In this document: one piece after another, positions 49,040-58,653 of the stretch | Layout: each line of letters opens with the position of its first letter | Numbering within the stretch: position 1 is the first letter of the stretch | Translations under genes and position numbers: made by a program | Notes under the pieces: model-generated | Told to the model about the DNA's origin: nothing | The model's database searches: none | Seen by the model: only the letters and a program-made list of their open reading frames with translations | NCBI GenBank assembly: GCA_964605655.1 | Contig: CAZSDK010000020.1 | Span: forward strand, 6,974-70,973 | DNA length: 64,000 bases | Source: an uncultured Bacteroidales bacterium | GTDB lineage: Bacteria; Bacteroidota; Bacteroidia; Bacteroidales; CAIXZF01 | Reading direction: 5' to 3'

Positions 49040-49558
49040 TTAGCTGTCAGGTTTTTCATTTCGCAGGGAATCCATGACCGCGTGTATGATCTCTGCCACA
49101 TGCCGGTCGGAATCCTTTTCAAAATGGAGCAGCTGATAGACCCTGAAACTTTTTAACTTCATGATATTCCTGGTAATGTCGAGGACATATTTATGCAGGA
49201 ACGGCAGGATGCCACCTGCCTGGTGGTATTGCTGGGAATGAGTCAGTTCGTGGATCAGCCATTTGATGTCTACTTCCCTGCCCAGGTCGACAGGCTTCGG
49301 GAAAAATACCTGTCGTCCAAAGGTTATCGCCAGGCGCTTTCCGGTCTTTTTCACCGCCGAATACCTGACCTTTCCAAGGTCGAAACTAAAGTACGGTTGT
49401 AAGGCTTTTTGGAGGGGCACTGGCAGTCTGTGCCACCTTCCGCCGGACTTCACCCACAGCAAAATGTAATAAGCGAATAAAAAAGGGAGAATCAGCAGGT
49501 CCAAAATTACAGACAGTACTGCCATTACGCATTTCTTTAAGAACTTAACGAATCCCAT
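49040..49558 (-). CDS. Small membrane-anchored DUF4157 (zincin HExxH) domain protein
   Basis: 172 aa with an N-terminal hydrophobic region. LPVPLQKALQPYFSFDLGKVRYS...ITFGRQVFFPKPVDLGREVDIKWLIHELTHSQQY matches the DUF4157 pattern (...D.S.VR...A.T.G..I.F......LL.HELTHV.Q) as I recall it. Confidence 0.65.
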   Translation of the reverse strand: MGFVKFLKKCVMAVLSVILDLLILPFLFAYYILLWVKSGGRWHRLPVPLQKALQPYFSFDLGKVRYSAVKKTGKRLAITFGRQVFFPKPVDLGREVDIKWLIHELTHSQQYHQAGGILPFLHKYVLDITRNIMKLKSFRVYQLLHFEKDSDRHVAEIIHAVMDSLRNEKPDS

Positions 49559-49631
49559 CTTTGGCCGGTTTGCAACAACAAGTTATTGTAACTCAATCGG
49601 TATTTACAGAACGAAGATAATGAAATTTCCT

Positions 49632-50954
49632 TTAAAAGGAAAGTGCCGACCGGTAAACCCTGACCGCTCTCTTCCTGGCCTCTTCATGATCTACAACAGG
49701 TGCCGGATCTTCATCAGCAGCCTCCTGGATCCAATGAGTTATGTACTTCTTATCAGGATCAAACTTCCTGGCCTGCTCGTGAGGGTTGAACACCCTGAAA
49801 TACGGGGCTGCATCGCATCCGCACCCTGCTGCCCACTGCCAGTTGCCGTTGTTCGACGAAAGCTCATAATCGAACAGCTTCCGGGCAAAATAGGCTTCTC
49901 CCCACCTCCAGTCAATGAGCAGATGTTTGGTCAGAAAGCTGGCTGTCACCATACGCACCCTGTTGTGCATGAACCCCGTCTCATTCAGCTCTCTCATGCC
50001 GGCATCCACCAGCGGGTAACCGGTCCTGCCTTCACACCAGGCATGAAACATGCCTTCGTCGTTGATCCAGGGAATACGGTCATACCTGGTTTTGAAGGAG
50101 TGCTTTTCCACGTCGGGAAAATGAAAGAGGATCATCATGAAGAACTCCCTCCAGATAAGCTCCTGCAGCCAGGTCTCATTCAGTTCCCTTCCCAGCCGCA
50201 CCATCTCCCTGATGCTCACCGTACCAAAACGTAAAGGCACACCCATCCGGCTGGTGTTTTGTGAAGGCAGGTTGCGGACCAGGTGATAAGAAGTGAGGAC
50301 GGACACTTCAGGACGTTCAGGGGGGATCTCAATGGGAAAACTCTCAAAACCAATTTCCTCAAGGGAAGGCATGGGTTCTTCCTCCATCTGGTGAAGCCTC
50401 TCAAGCAGAGATTCACCCGGATAGGTCTTCAGACTGGTGGTTTCAAGCTTTTGTCTCCATTTTTTTGAATAGGGAGTAAAGACGGTGTAAGGAGACCCGT
50501 CTTCTTTCACCACATCCGACTTTTCAAAGATCACTTGGTCGCCAAATGATAAAAAAGATATTCCTTTTGAATGAAGGAAATCTTTGATTTTCAAGTCTCT
50601 GTCAACAGCATACGGTTCATAGTCGTGGTTGGTATAAACCGCTTTGATATGAAACCGTTCAGTGATCTTTCTGAATGCTTCCAAAGGATCATCTTTCATG
50701 ACGAGGAGCGTGGAGCCACTGGCTGCAAATGCTCTGTGCAGTTTTTCAAGGACCTGATGGATAAAGACCATCCTCCGGTCTTTTTTATACTGAAGTTTTC
50801 CGAGGATGCAGGTGTCGAAAATGAAGACCGGCAACACCGGTAACCCGCTTTTTAATGCCTCGTAAAGCCCGTGGTTGTCATGGAGCCTCAAGTCTCTGCG
50901 AAACCAGAAAAGGACCAGTTCGACCGTGTCAGATGCGGGTTTACCGGATTCCAT
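49632..50954 (-). CDS. Deoxyribodipyrimidine photolyase / cryptochrome-family flavoprotein
   Basis: 440 aa. N-terminal LFWFRRDLRLHDNHGL. FAD-binding domain motifs WREFF, TGYPLVDAGMRELNETGFMHNRVRMVTASFL and NNGNWQWAAG. Confidence 0.9.
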   Translation of the reverse strand: MESGKPASDTVELVLFWFRRDLRLHDNHGLYEALKSGLPVLPVFIFDTCILGKLQYKKDRRMVFIHQVLEKLHRAFAASGSTLLVMKDDPLEAFRKITERFHIKAVYTNHDYEPYAVDRDLKIKDFLHSKGISFLSFGDQVIFEKSDVVKEDGSPYTVFTPYSKKWRQKLETTSLKTYPGESLLERLHQMEEEPMPSLEEIGFESFPIEIPPERPEVSVLTSYHLVRNLPSQNTSRMGVPLRFGTVSIREMVRLGRELNETWLQELIWREFFMMILFHFPDVEKHSFKTRYDRIPWINDEGMFHAWCEGRTGYPLVDAGMRELNETGFMHNRVRMVTASFLTKHLLIDWRWGEAYFARKLFDYELSSNNGNWQWAAGCGCDAAPYFRVFNPHEQARKFDPDKKYITHWIQEAADEDPAPVVDHEEARKRAVRVYRSALSF

Positions 50955-51087
50955 TTTTCTTCCCTCCGGCAGCAGAATTCTTTGACGGATGAATAACCAT
51001 GTAAATCATATCGATCGTTAATTTGCAGTATTTTCGTTCATTCATGCAAAGTTACAAATCAGACAGCTTTCACCTAAATTTCCACTT

Positions 51088-51930
51088 ATGTCAGATGGTG
51101 TATCAGACTTTTATGAGGATATTTCCTTTTTCGATGAGCTTCCCTTCTGGTCAGCTCCTTTCGGGATTGAATTGCTGAAACATTTGAAATTCAGGAAGTT
51201 TATTCAGGTCCTTGACATCGGTCCCGGTACCGGATTTCCCCTGCTGGAAGCAGCGCAACGGCTGGGCCCCACCTGCACGGTTTTCGGACTGGAGCCCTGG
51301 CAGGAGGCCAGGACCAGGATGCTCGACAAGATCAGGAATTACCGGATTAAGAATGTGGTTGTAATGAACGGGGAAGCAGAAGACATGCCATTTGAGGATG
51401 GTACCTTCAGTTGCATTCTGTCCAACAACGGCCTGAACAATGTGAAGGACATCGATCAGGTGTTGAGGGAGTGTTACCGGGTTACCAGACCGGGAGCCCA
51501 GTTGCTCTTTACCTGCAACCTGCCCGGGACCATGGCAGAATTCTACCAGGTCCTGGAGGATGTCTTAAGCCGGCACCAGGGTATGGTGGGTAATGGCGGG
51601 GTGGAGGATATTAAAAGGAAGATACAGACCCATATTCGGGAAAAAAGAAAAGAAGCCGGAGAATGGGCATCCCTGGTGGAAAAGCACGGGTTCCGGGTGG
51701 AGGATATCCGGGAAGAGGCCTTCAGTTATGGTTTTGCTGACGGGACCAGTCTTTTAAATTATCATTTTATCCGCCTGGCCTTTTTCCCCTCCTGGCAGGA
51801 ATTAATCCCGGAAGCATACAGAGTGGAGGTTTTCAGCGAAGTGGAAAAACAACTCAATGATACGGCCGCAGAAAAGGGGGCAGTGTCACTGACGGTTCCT
51901 TTTGCCTGCTATGATTGCAGCAGGAAATGA
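51088..51930 (+). CDS. Class I SAM-dependent methyltransferase
   Basis: Motif I VLDIGPGTGFPLLEAA, post-I and motif II regions (FEDGTFSCILSNNGLNNV; RVTRPGAQLLF). Confidence 0.8.
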   Translation: MSDGVSDFYEDISFFDELPFWSAPFGIELLKHLKFRKFIQVLDIGPGTGFPLLEAAQRLGPTCTVFGLEPWQEARTRMLDKIRNYRIKNVVVMNGEAEDMPFEDGTFSCILSNNGLNNVKDIDQVLRECYRVTRPGAQLLFTCNLPGTMAEFYQVLEDVLSRHQGMVGNGGVEDIKRKIQTHIREKRKEAGEWASLVEKHGFRVEDIREEAFSYGFADGTSLLNYHFIRLAFFPSWQELIPEAYRVEVFSEVEKQLNDTAAEKGAVSLTVPFACYDCSRK

Positions 51931-51962
51931 TCCTTTCAACAATACTTCCGGATTGTCTTTAA

Positions 51963-52637
51963 TTACGATTGAGGAATTTCCAGGGCACGGTTAATAAACC
52001 TGACCAGCGGATGCATGGCTTGGTAAACTTCAATGAAATATTCTTTGATTTTACTGTCGGCCAGGGATGGGTCGGTAAAATACTCACCTACAATGTAGTG
52101 TTTAAACTTCAGCAGGTTAATATCCGGCCATGATGGATCATACCCTTGCGGTGCTTTTTTCAGCTCATCACCCACCAGGTCGAGTTCCTTAAAATGACTG
52201 ACAAAGGATTTGGCTTTGAGGATCTTTTTAAACTCATCCACATGATAATAAATCTCCTCCCGCACCATCTTCAGCTTGTCGGAAGGCGGCATGTAAAGCC
52301 CACCTCCTGCAAATGATTTTCCTCCTGGTTCCAGGTGGAGGTAATAACCGGCAAATGTGCTTTTTCTTCCGCCACGGGCGATGAAAGTACCCATGTTGGT
52401 CTTGTAAGGGGTTTTATCATTTGAAAACCTTGTATCCCTAAAGATCCTGAATACACAGTCCTTCGATTTGGGTGATCCAATGGTGGTATCGAAGCTCCTG
52501 ACCCCGGTGATCAGCGAGTCAGTGAGGGCTTCCAGCATTTTTCGGTTCGATTCGTACCAGGTCCGGTTCCGGTCGAACCATTCCCGGTTGTTGTTGCTGC
52601 TGAGCTGGGTAAGAAATTGGATGGGATCTGATAACAT
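51963..52637 (-). CDS. DUF2461 (TIGR02453) family protein
   Basis: 224 aa. NNNREWFDRNRTWYE, FRIFRDTRFSNDKTPYKTNMG, GYYLHLEPG..FAGGGLYMP. Confidence 0.8.
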   Translation of the reverse strand: MLSDPIQFLTQLSSNNNREWFDRNRTWYESNRKMLEALTDSLITGVRSFDTTIGSPKSKDCVFRIFRDTRFSNDKTPYKTNMGTFIARGGRKSTFAGYYLHLEPGGKSFAGGGLYMPPSDKLKMVREEIYYHVDEFKKILKAKSFVSHFKELDLVGDELKKAPQGYDPSWPDINLLKFKHYIVGEYFTDPSLADSKIKEYFIEVYQAMHPLVRFINRALEIPQS

Positions 52638-52659
52638 GGGCTTGAATTTGGTTTGATCC

Positions 52660-52667
52660 CAAAAATA
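52660..52667 (-). promoter_or_regulatory. -7 promoter box (minus-strand tatttttg) for the DUF2461 gene
   Basis: Plus-strand caaaaata, 23 nt upstream of the ATG at 52637. Confidence 0.5.
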
Positions 52668-52808
52668 CGAAATACACCGACATCTTGAGATTTCTATAAT
52701 ATTACTACCTTTGCAGCAAATCCTGTCATATAATTTAGATTCATTCTAAACGTTATCAGAAGTCTGATGAGGTTTGGTGAAGAATTATGAATAAAATTTT
52801 GGAAGTTC

Positions 52809-54020
52809 GTGAGTAAGGAAGGAAGAAATAATTTGATTGATAGAGTGAGGTTTATTAGATGGATAGGGGTTAGCCTGGTTGTGCTGATCACGTCAGGTGT
52901 TTATGCACAGACCACTTCTATCACGCAGATGCTGAACTACCCGGAAGGCACGGTCCTGGTGGCTGCCCATCGCGGTGATATACTGAATTACCCTGAAAAC
53001 AGCATCAGTGCCATTGAATCCTGTATCCGCCGAGGAATAGACATTGTTGAGATTGATGTACAGATGACGAAGGACCATCAACTGATCCTCATGCATGATG
53101 TCACCATCAACCGCACCACCAATGGTAAGGGTAAAGTGGGCAAGCACACTTTGAAAAAGCTGAAGATGCATAAGCTGCGTGGACCTGGCGGAAGGATCTG
53201 GGACGAGCGGGTGCCGACCCTGGAGGAGGCCATCCGGACGGCAAGGGGAAGGATTATTCTGAACCTGGATAAGAGCAGCCGTTTCCTGGATCAGATCCTG
53301 GTGATGCTGGACACCATGGACGCCAGGCAGACCGTGATCTTTAAAGGAGTGTTCGGGTACGAATTCCTGAGAAGGAAGATTGAGGAGAATCCTCAGGGTC
53401 CCTTGATGATGCCCATCATGTATTATAAAAAGAGGGCAGATCTTGACACTTTCCTCACCAAAGGACAGCCCAGGCTGGCTGAACTGATCCTTTCCAACGA
53501 TACCAACAATATGGTCACCCCGGATGGGCAGGCGCTCTTTCGCAGGAACAACTGCAGGATCTGGTACAATGCTTTTTACAAGAGCATGTCGCTGGGGTTC
53601 TCTGAAAACGAGAATGCCCTGATGACCTGGGACAGCCTGATCGCTCACGGGGCCTTTATCATTCAGACCGACTATCCTTTCGAGCTGATGCAGCACCTGA
53701 TCAACATTGGAAGAAGGCAGCCGCCGGCGGGATGGCAGAATGTGAACCTGGCTTCCCTGCCTTTCAAGATTCCGGTGATGCTGGCCGATACCACTCAGGA
53801 CACCATTGCCCAGGTGGTCCCGGTCGTTATTAAGAAAGCCACACCTCCTCCGGTGAGCAAATCCCATCAGAAAAAGGTTTATCACAAGATCCGCCAGGGG
53901 GATACCTTGTCTCATCTGGCAGTGAAATATAAAACGACGGTTTCGGACATCTGTAAACTGAATAAAAGTCTGAAACCCACCACTACCCTGAAGCTGGGCC
54001 GGAAGATCAGGGTAAAATAA
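52809..54020 (+). CDS. Secreted glycerophosphodiester phosphodiesterase (GDPD) with a C-terminal LysM domain
   Basis: GTG start and signal-anchor. GDPD motifs VAAHRGD..YPENSISAIESCIRRGIDIVEIDVQMTKDHQLILMHDVTINRTTNG. C-terminal LysM YHKIRQGDTLSHLAVKYKTTVSDICKLNKSLKPTTTLKLGRKIRV. Confidence 0.8.
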   Translation: MSKEGRNNLIDRVRFIRWIGVSLVVLITSGVYAQTTSITQMLNYPEGTVLVAAHRGDILNYPENSISAIESCIRRGIDIVEIDVQMTKDHQLILMHDVTINRTTNGKGKVGKHTLKKLKMHKLRGPGGRIWDERVPTLEEAIRTARGRIILNLDKSSRFLDQILVMLDTMDARQTVIFKGVFGYEFLRRKIEENPQGPLMMPIMYYKKRADLDTFLTKGQPRLAELILSNDTNNMVTPDGQALFRRNNCRIWYNAFYKSMSLGFSENENALMTWDSLIAHGAFIIQTDYPFELMQHLINIGRRQPPAGWQNVNLASLPFKIPVMLADTTQDTIAQVVPVVIKKATPPPVSKSHQKKVYHKIRQGDTLSHLAVKYKTTVSDICKLNKSLKPTTTLKLGRKIRVK

Positions 54021-54023
54021 GCC

Positions 54024-55127
54024 TTAGAATTTCTTTCTGAAACCGAGGTGGGTATATACGGGACGTTCCCCACCGTCAGCAGGTCTGCTGATGATGCCCT
54101 GGTTGACGACGTACATGCAGGAACTGCCTCCCTGGTCGCAGGCCATGGCTGACCAGGCACCAAAACCAAGCAGGATCTGACCGCATTCCTCCATGGTCAG
54201 TCCCAGGCTGTGTCCGGGTTTCCTTCCGTCCACCACCATCAGGTAAGCTTTCCATCCCGATTCATCGATACCCACGATGGTCCTCGGGTAGGAGTTGTTC
54301 TTTGTCCCGTCCCTGGGATCAATCTGTACCTTGCCTTCCTGAAGCAGGTCGAACCTTCCCCAGATAGCCTGGAACATGTTCTCTGCCGGGATGGTGATCA
54401 CCTCCCTGTCAGGAGAATAAAAGGCCCTGCCTTTCTGATCGAAATACACGAAGGGTCTTTTGTCGGTGTCTTTCATCAGCAAAGGAACTCCGTTCACCAT
54501 ATAGTTACCGGTCCATTGTCCCAGTGGCGCCTTGAGTCCGGGTGTCTCCCCGGCTTCCCCGTTAACAGCCACTTCAGCCTTAAAACGACTGCCAAAAGCG
54601 GAGGTCTTCTCTTTTACAAGAATATGAGTATCCAGAACGGCTTCATACTGAGTAAGGTCAATGGTAGCAACATAAGCCACTGCCTCGGGAGAGGAAAACC
54701 TGAGCCTGATGACCTGGCATCCTGAAGTGGCGTACATCACCTCTTTTTTTACGGCCGTATCTCTGGTCTTGATGGTCAGCCGCTGCACCTCCTTTGGCAG
54801 GACAGCCGATGGGCCGGTCTCTTGGGTGGTCGTCATCACAGGCGGACTCATCCTCAGTTCGGCTTCCTGCTCCTTATGTTTCCATTGGTTATCGAACAAT
54901 ACAGCACCGGCGATGATCATAGAACACAGCATGGCAGCGGAAAAGAAGATGACTCTTGCTTTGTGGTCCAGTCCGATGACTTTTCTGCCCAGGATAAGGA
55001 GAAAGAGGATCCAGAAGGTTCCGGAAATCAGCAACCACAACAACAGTTGCAGCGCCAGGGGCATCTGCATCAGCCTCCATAGCAGGGCGTCGAGGTTGTC
55101 GAGAAAAATATTGACCTGGTCTCCCAT
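54024..55127 (-). CDS. Membrane-anchored phosphodiester glycosidase family protein (NAGPA/DUF2233)
   Basis: Two N-terminal TM helices. The C-terminal domain PRTIVGIDESGWKAYLMVVDGRKPGHSLGLTMEECGQILLGFGAWSAMACDQGGSSCMYV is typical of the family. Confidence 0.75.
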   Translation of the reverse strand: MGDQVNIFLDNLDALLWRLMQMPLALQLLLWLLISGTFWILFLLILGRKVIGLDHKARVIFFSAAMLCSMIIAGAVLFDNQWKHKEQEAELRMSPPVMTTTQETGPSAVLPKEVQRLTIKTRDTAVKKEVMYATSGCQVIRLRFSSPEAVAYVATIDLTQYEAVLDTHILVKEKTSAFGSRFKAEVAVNGEAGETPGLKAPLGQWTGNYMVNGVPLLMKDTDKRPFVYFDQKGRAFYSPDREVITIPAENMFQAIWGRFDLLQEGKVQIDPRDGTKNNSYPRTIVGIDESGWKAYLMVVDGRKPGHSLGLTMEECGQILLGFGAWSAMACDQGGSSCMYVVNQGIISRPADGGERPVYTHLGFRKKF

Positions 55128-56125
55128 CAGCGAATCCTTATTTTTTGTTTCGGACGGATGATGTCGGTGGGTCTCATCCTGTTCAATGACAAGAGTTTAG
55201 ATAAAGGAATACTGTGCCTGGCAGCGATACTGCTCAGGGTATCTCCTTTGACTACCGTGTGGTACCTGGGCTTCTCCTTCTTCCCGGGAACAGGTGCTGC
55301 CGGCTTCTCTGATCCGGAAAGTGTGTCTGAGTTCAGTGCAAGCGTGTCGGTCCCTGCCTCAAGGATCCCCCGGTTCAGACAGGGGCAAAAGATCTGTTTT
55401 TGAACCTCCGTGATGAGAAACTCGTTAAAAGGCTTGTAATTCAGTATCTTCTCCCTCACATGCGGATATCCAGCCCCGTTACCATCGGTACACTGTACCC
55501 AGTATTCCAGTCCCTGCCGGTTGTTCAGCCCGCAGAACTGCATCAGGGTGAGGGTGGACAGCAGTCCCGACTGATGCCATCCGTTCCAGCAATGGATATA
55601 TACGGGTCCTTTCGAAGGATCATCTATCCTGGCTTTGATGTCGGAAAAGAACACCTTCAGTGAACTGTCAATGAGTTCTGGCTCAGAGGAATATATGAAC
55701 CCGGATTCCTTCAGGGAATCCAGGATGTTATCAGGGTATCTTTCTTTAAAATTCTTGGAATACAGGTAAATCCCTTTTGTAAACCCTGCTTTCCGCAGAT
55801 TGGTGATTCCGTTCAGGGGCAATGGGTTTCTGAAATAGGATCTTTTTTGAGAGGGTCTCAGGTAAAGGTTGTCACCTCCTCCCCTGTAAAGAACATCATG
55901 GAGTACGACCCTGAAGTTTCTTACACCCGATAAACTGTCGAACCCAAGTCCATGGTTATCAACAAGTAGCGTTGTGGCAGAATCCAGTCCAAAACGGTCA
56001 TGCTTACTGCATAAACTGTCGGGAAGGTTGCTGTTTGCCCTGATTTCAGTATGTAAACAAAAAAAACTGGAGCAAAGAAGGAGCAGTGTTTTAAAAAATA
56101 GGTCAGGTAAGGTCCGGGCTCTCAT
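55127..56125 (-). CDS. Secreted PTP-fold (tyrosine/dual-specificity phosphatase-like) protein with a C-X5-Q P-loop variant and a C-terminal LysM domain
   Basis: Signal peptide. NFRVVLHDVLYRGG ... GPVYIHCWNGWHQSG follows the layout of the Y_phosphatase2/3 families, but Gln occupies the P-loop Arg position. LysM YHTVVKGDTLSSIAARHSIPLSKLLSLNRMRPTDIIRPKQKIRI. It overlaps both neighbours by 1 nt and 23 nt. Confidence 0.65.
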   Translation of the reverse strand: MRARTLPDLFFKTLLLLCSSFFCLHTEIRANSNLPDSLCSKHDRFGLDSATTLLVDNHGLGFDSLSGVRNFRVVLHDVLYRGGGDNLYLRPSQKRSYFRNPLPLNGITNLRKAGFTKGIYLYSKNFKERYPDNILDSLKESGFIYSSEPELIDSSLKVFFSDIKARIDDPSKGPVYIHCWNGWHQSGLLSTLTLMQFCGLNNRQGLEYWVQCTDGNGAGYPHVREKILNYKPFNEFLITEVQKQIFCPCLNRGILEAGTDTLALNSDTLSGSEKPAAPVPGKKEKPRYHTVVKGDTLSSIAARHSIPLSKLLSLNRMRPTDIIRPKQKIRIR

Positions 56126-58565
56126 TTTTGCGATGTTTTCTTAAACGCCTTATAATCAGCACGATACCTGTAATAAGTACTACTAATCCGACCAACGCGG
56201 GAATCCCTGCCCTGAAAATCAGTTCACGGGGAAGGAGATCAAATGTCGTCGTACGGGATACCAGTTTCACGGACCAGTCCAGGGGATTTTTTTTGTTATT
56301 CCATGATTCATATTTGAGAACTCCCTTTTCTGAACTCACCAGGAAGTGGTTTTTCACATTTAGCAGGGCATCAGGAATGTTGACGTACATGCTGTCGATC
56401 CACTGGTCATCATCATCAATAAGAACGAAGGCCCTGGATTGACGGAAAATGTTGTCCATTTCTGATTGGAGCAATAAACCGGAAAAGTTCCTGTTCACTC
56501 TTCTCCAGGCAGTAGAGTCATTACAAATGACCAATGACTGCCCGGGTTTCAGGGATGAGTCAGGAAATGCTATGGACCAGTGGCTGTTATCTTCATACAG
56601 TCTGGTTCCCCTGAGCTTCACCGGAGATTCACCCTGGTTCTTGATTTCCAGCCAGTGCATGTCCCTTTTTACCTGCATCGTACAGTAGAACCTGTTCATG
56701 ATGAGCTGGTTCCTTTTTTCCGACATGTCCTTATGAACATAAAGGGCATTCAGCCTGAGGTTGTCGCTGATGGTAATGGTTTTTACAGGCACTGAATCTC
56801 CGTCTTCCATCCATTTTTTGAACTTGTACAGATGATTTTCACCGGTAGCTTCTACCTTCAATGGAAGCTTGGAGAAGAATATTCCGCTGATATTCTGGAA
56901 CCTGAGGTCCGATTCATTGATCCTGAGGGAGTGGAGGGTTTTAATGTTGGTGGCGATCAGGATCCTGGAAGTATCGGCCAGGTTAAACTGGAGTTGAAGC
57001 TGCTTGTAAGCTGCAGCCGGCATCTTTCTGTAAAAATGTTCCAGCCAGCCAACATTCCTGTTCCATGACTTCACCGATTCATGCCAGATGTTATTCCTCC
57101 GCCTCACATGGCGGGGAATTTCAGGTTCTATTTTCTTTTTAAAATACTGCACCTTTCTGAGCAGGCTGTCGGACCGGAGGTAGGTGGACAGCAGAAGGCA
57201 ATACTGGTTGATGAACCTTGTTTTCATCTCTTGGTTGGCGATGAGCGAGCGCAGCAATATGGTGGCAAAATAGGGATTGTACCATTCTGTCTGTTCCGGG
57301 CTCAGACGTTCTGCCAGGAAGTTTTTCTTAATGAAGACACTGCCTGCAGAAGCATCCCCGTCATAAAAGATCCAGCGGTAACGGTTATCGAGATTGGAGG
57401 CTTTCCAGAATTTCAGATTGCCTCTTGAATCGATGTTGGCATGAAAGATCTGCAATATGGAGAAATTGAGGTAATTATCAACATCGATCTTTTTGTTTAT
57501 CTCAGCCGGAAATTCGGGTGACTGGTTTTGGTGGATGGCATATTGTACAACCTTGTCGTAATGTTTGTTGTAAACCCCGCGCTCCTGCAGGATGATGGTA
57601 GAATCAGGATCGGCATGATGGTTATAGATCAGGAAGTTTTTATTCACTTTCTCCCTGAAATTATAGATTCCGAAATATAGTCCGTTCACATACAGTATCC
57701 CCTGTTGGTAAGCCATTTGGTCCAGGCCGAGGTCCTGGGCGATGGAACTGACACAAACATCCTTGAAACGGGTCCCGTATTGGTCACCACCAGAAGTTCT
57801 GATGACCAGGCTTTTGAATTTATTGAAAGGTTTGTTTTCGAAAAATTTGTATTCCAGGCAGTCGTCACCATAATTCTCATGGGCGATGAGCTGGAGAGAT
57901 TTCTCCGGAAGGGCCAGGGTGAACCCTCCGTGAGGTTTGACGCCATAAGCTCCGTACTCCACTAACTTCCCCTGGTAGAAGAACTCTGCGTAGCAGTCGA
58001 TCTCCTTTTTCTTCAAAGCATTGCCATGGTTAATGATCATATTATCCTCGGTAATTTCCCTGGACCCTTCGGTGATCCCGTCGGGCGGGAAAAAAGCTTC
58101 CGGGTTCACGCTGATACAGAGGATGGGAAGCTGGTGGCGGTTTTTAACCACGAAAGAGGCGCAATAGATGGTGTCTGTCTTTCTGCCTCTCTGACTGATC
58201 CGGCATTGCAGGTTCACCATGCTGTCGATCCGGATGGGTACATTGTATTTAAGGGGGCTCCCGGATGTCAGATGATTCTTTTGATAGAACAGCTGCATCC
58301 CCGGCGGTAGGGTAAATCTCAGATAAAAGGCCGAGTCATAAATACCAGGCTGATGAGAAAGCTTAACCTGGTATCTGTCCAGGCTCTGCAAAGGCCGGTA
58401 GAACAGAACAGGTTTCCTGTGGACCTTCTTCTTTTTCTTTTTCTTTACCTGATTTTCCTTCTTTTTCCCTTCTGAGGGTGCCTGGCCCGGGACCTCTGAA
58501 ACAACCATGAGAAAAGCCAGAAAAAGTATGGCAGTTAAAAAGGTATGTGCAATTCTTCTTGCCAA
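56103..58565 (-). CDS. CotH-family kinase-like protein with a lamin-tail domain (LTD) and a C-terminal TM anchor
   Basis: 820 aa. Signal-anchor plus a Lys-rich stretch. CotH-like core (VDNYLNFSILQIFHANIDSRGNLKFWKA...YRWIFYDGDAS). LTD-like segment (HWLEIKNQGESPVKLRGTRLYEDNSHWSIAFPDSSLKPGQSLVICND). C-terminal TM helix IPALVGLVVLITGIVLII. Confidence 0.75.
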   Translation of the reverse strand: MARRIAHTFLTAILFLAFLMVVSEVPGQAPSEGKKKENQVKKKKKKKVHRKPVLFYRPLQSLDRYQVKLSHQPGIYDSAFYLRFTLPPGMQLFYQKNHLTSGSPLKYNVPIRIDSMVNLQCRISQRGRKTDTIYCASFVVKNRHQLPILCISVNPEAFFPPDGITEGSREITEDNMIINHGNALKKKEIDCYAEFFYQGKLVEYGAYGVKPHGGFTLALPEKSLQLIAHENYGDDCLEYKFFENKPFNKFKSLVIRTSGGDQYGTRFKDVCVSSIAQDLGLDQMAYQQGILYVNGLYFGIYNFREKVNKNFLIYNHHADPDSTIILQERGVYNKHYDKVVQYAIHQNQSPEFPAEINKKIDVDNYLNFSILQIFHANIDSRGNLKFWKASNLDNRYRWIFYDGDASAGSVFIKKNFLAERLSPEQTEWYNPYFATILLRSLIANQEMKTRFINQYCLLLSTYLRSDSLLRKVQYFKKKIEPEIPRHVRRRNNIWHESVKSWNRNVGWLEHFYRKMPAAAYKQLQLQFNLADTSRILIATNIKTLHSLRINESDLRFQNISGIFFSKLPLKVEATGENHLYKFKKWMEDGDSVPVKTITISDNLRLNALYVHKDMSEKRNQLIMNRFYCTMQVKRDMHWLEIKNQGESPVKLRGTRLYEDNSHWSIAFPDSSLKPGQSLVICNDSTAWRRVNRNFSGLLLQSEMDNIFRQSRAFVLIDDDDQWIDSMYVNIPDALLNVKNHFLVSSEKGVLKYESWNNKKNPLDWSVKLVSRTTTFDLLPRELIFRAGIPALVGLVVLITGIVLIIRRLRKHRKNESPDLT

Positions 58566-58653
58566 ATCTGTTCAGATTGGTTATTATCTAACAAAATCAG
58601 TGTAGCAGGTTCTTTTTCTGATGGTTATCAGTTAAGCAAAAATAGGTTAAATC

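Noticed and set aside
52893-53915. 340-aa minus-strand ORF
   Set aside because: It is antisense to the GDPD-LysM gene, which has clear GDPD and LysM motifs. This is a shadow ORF.
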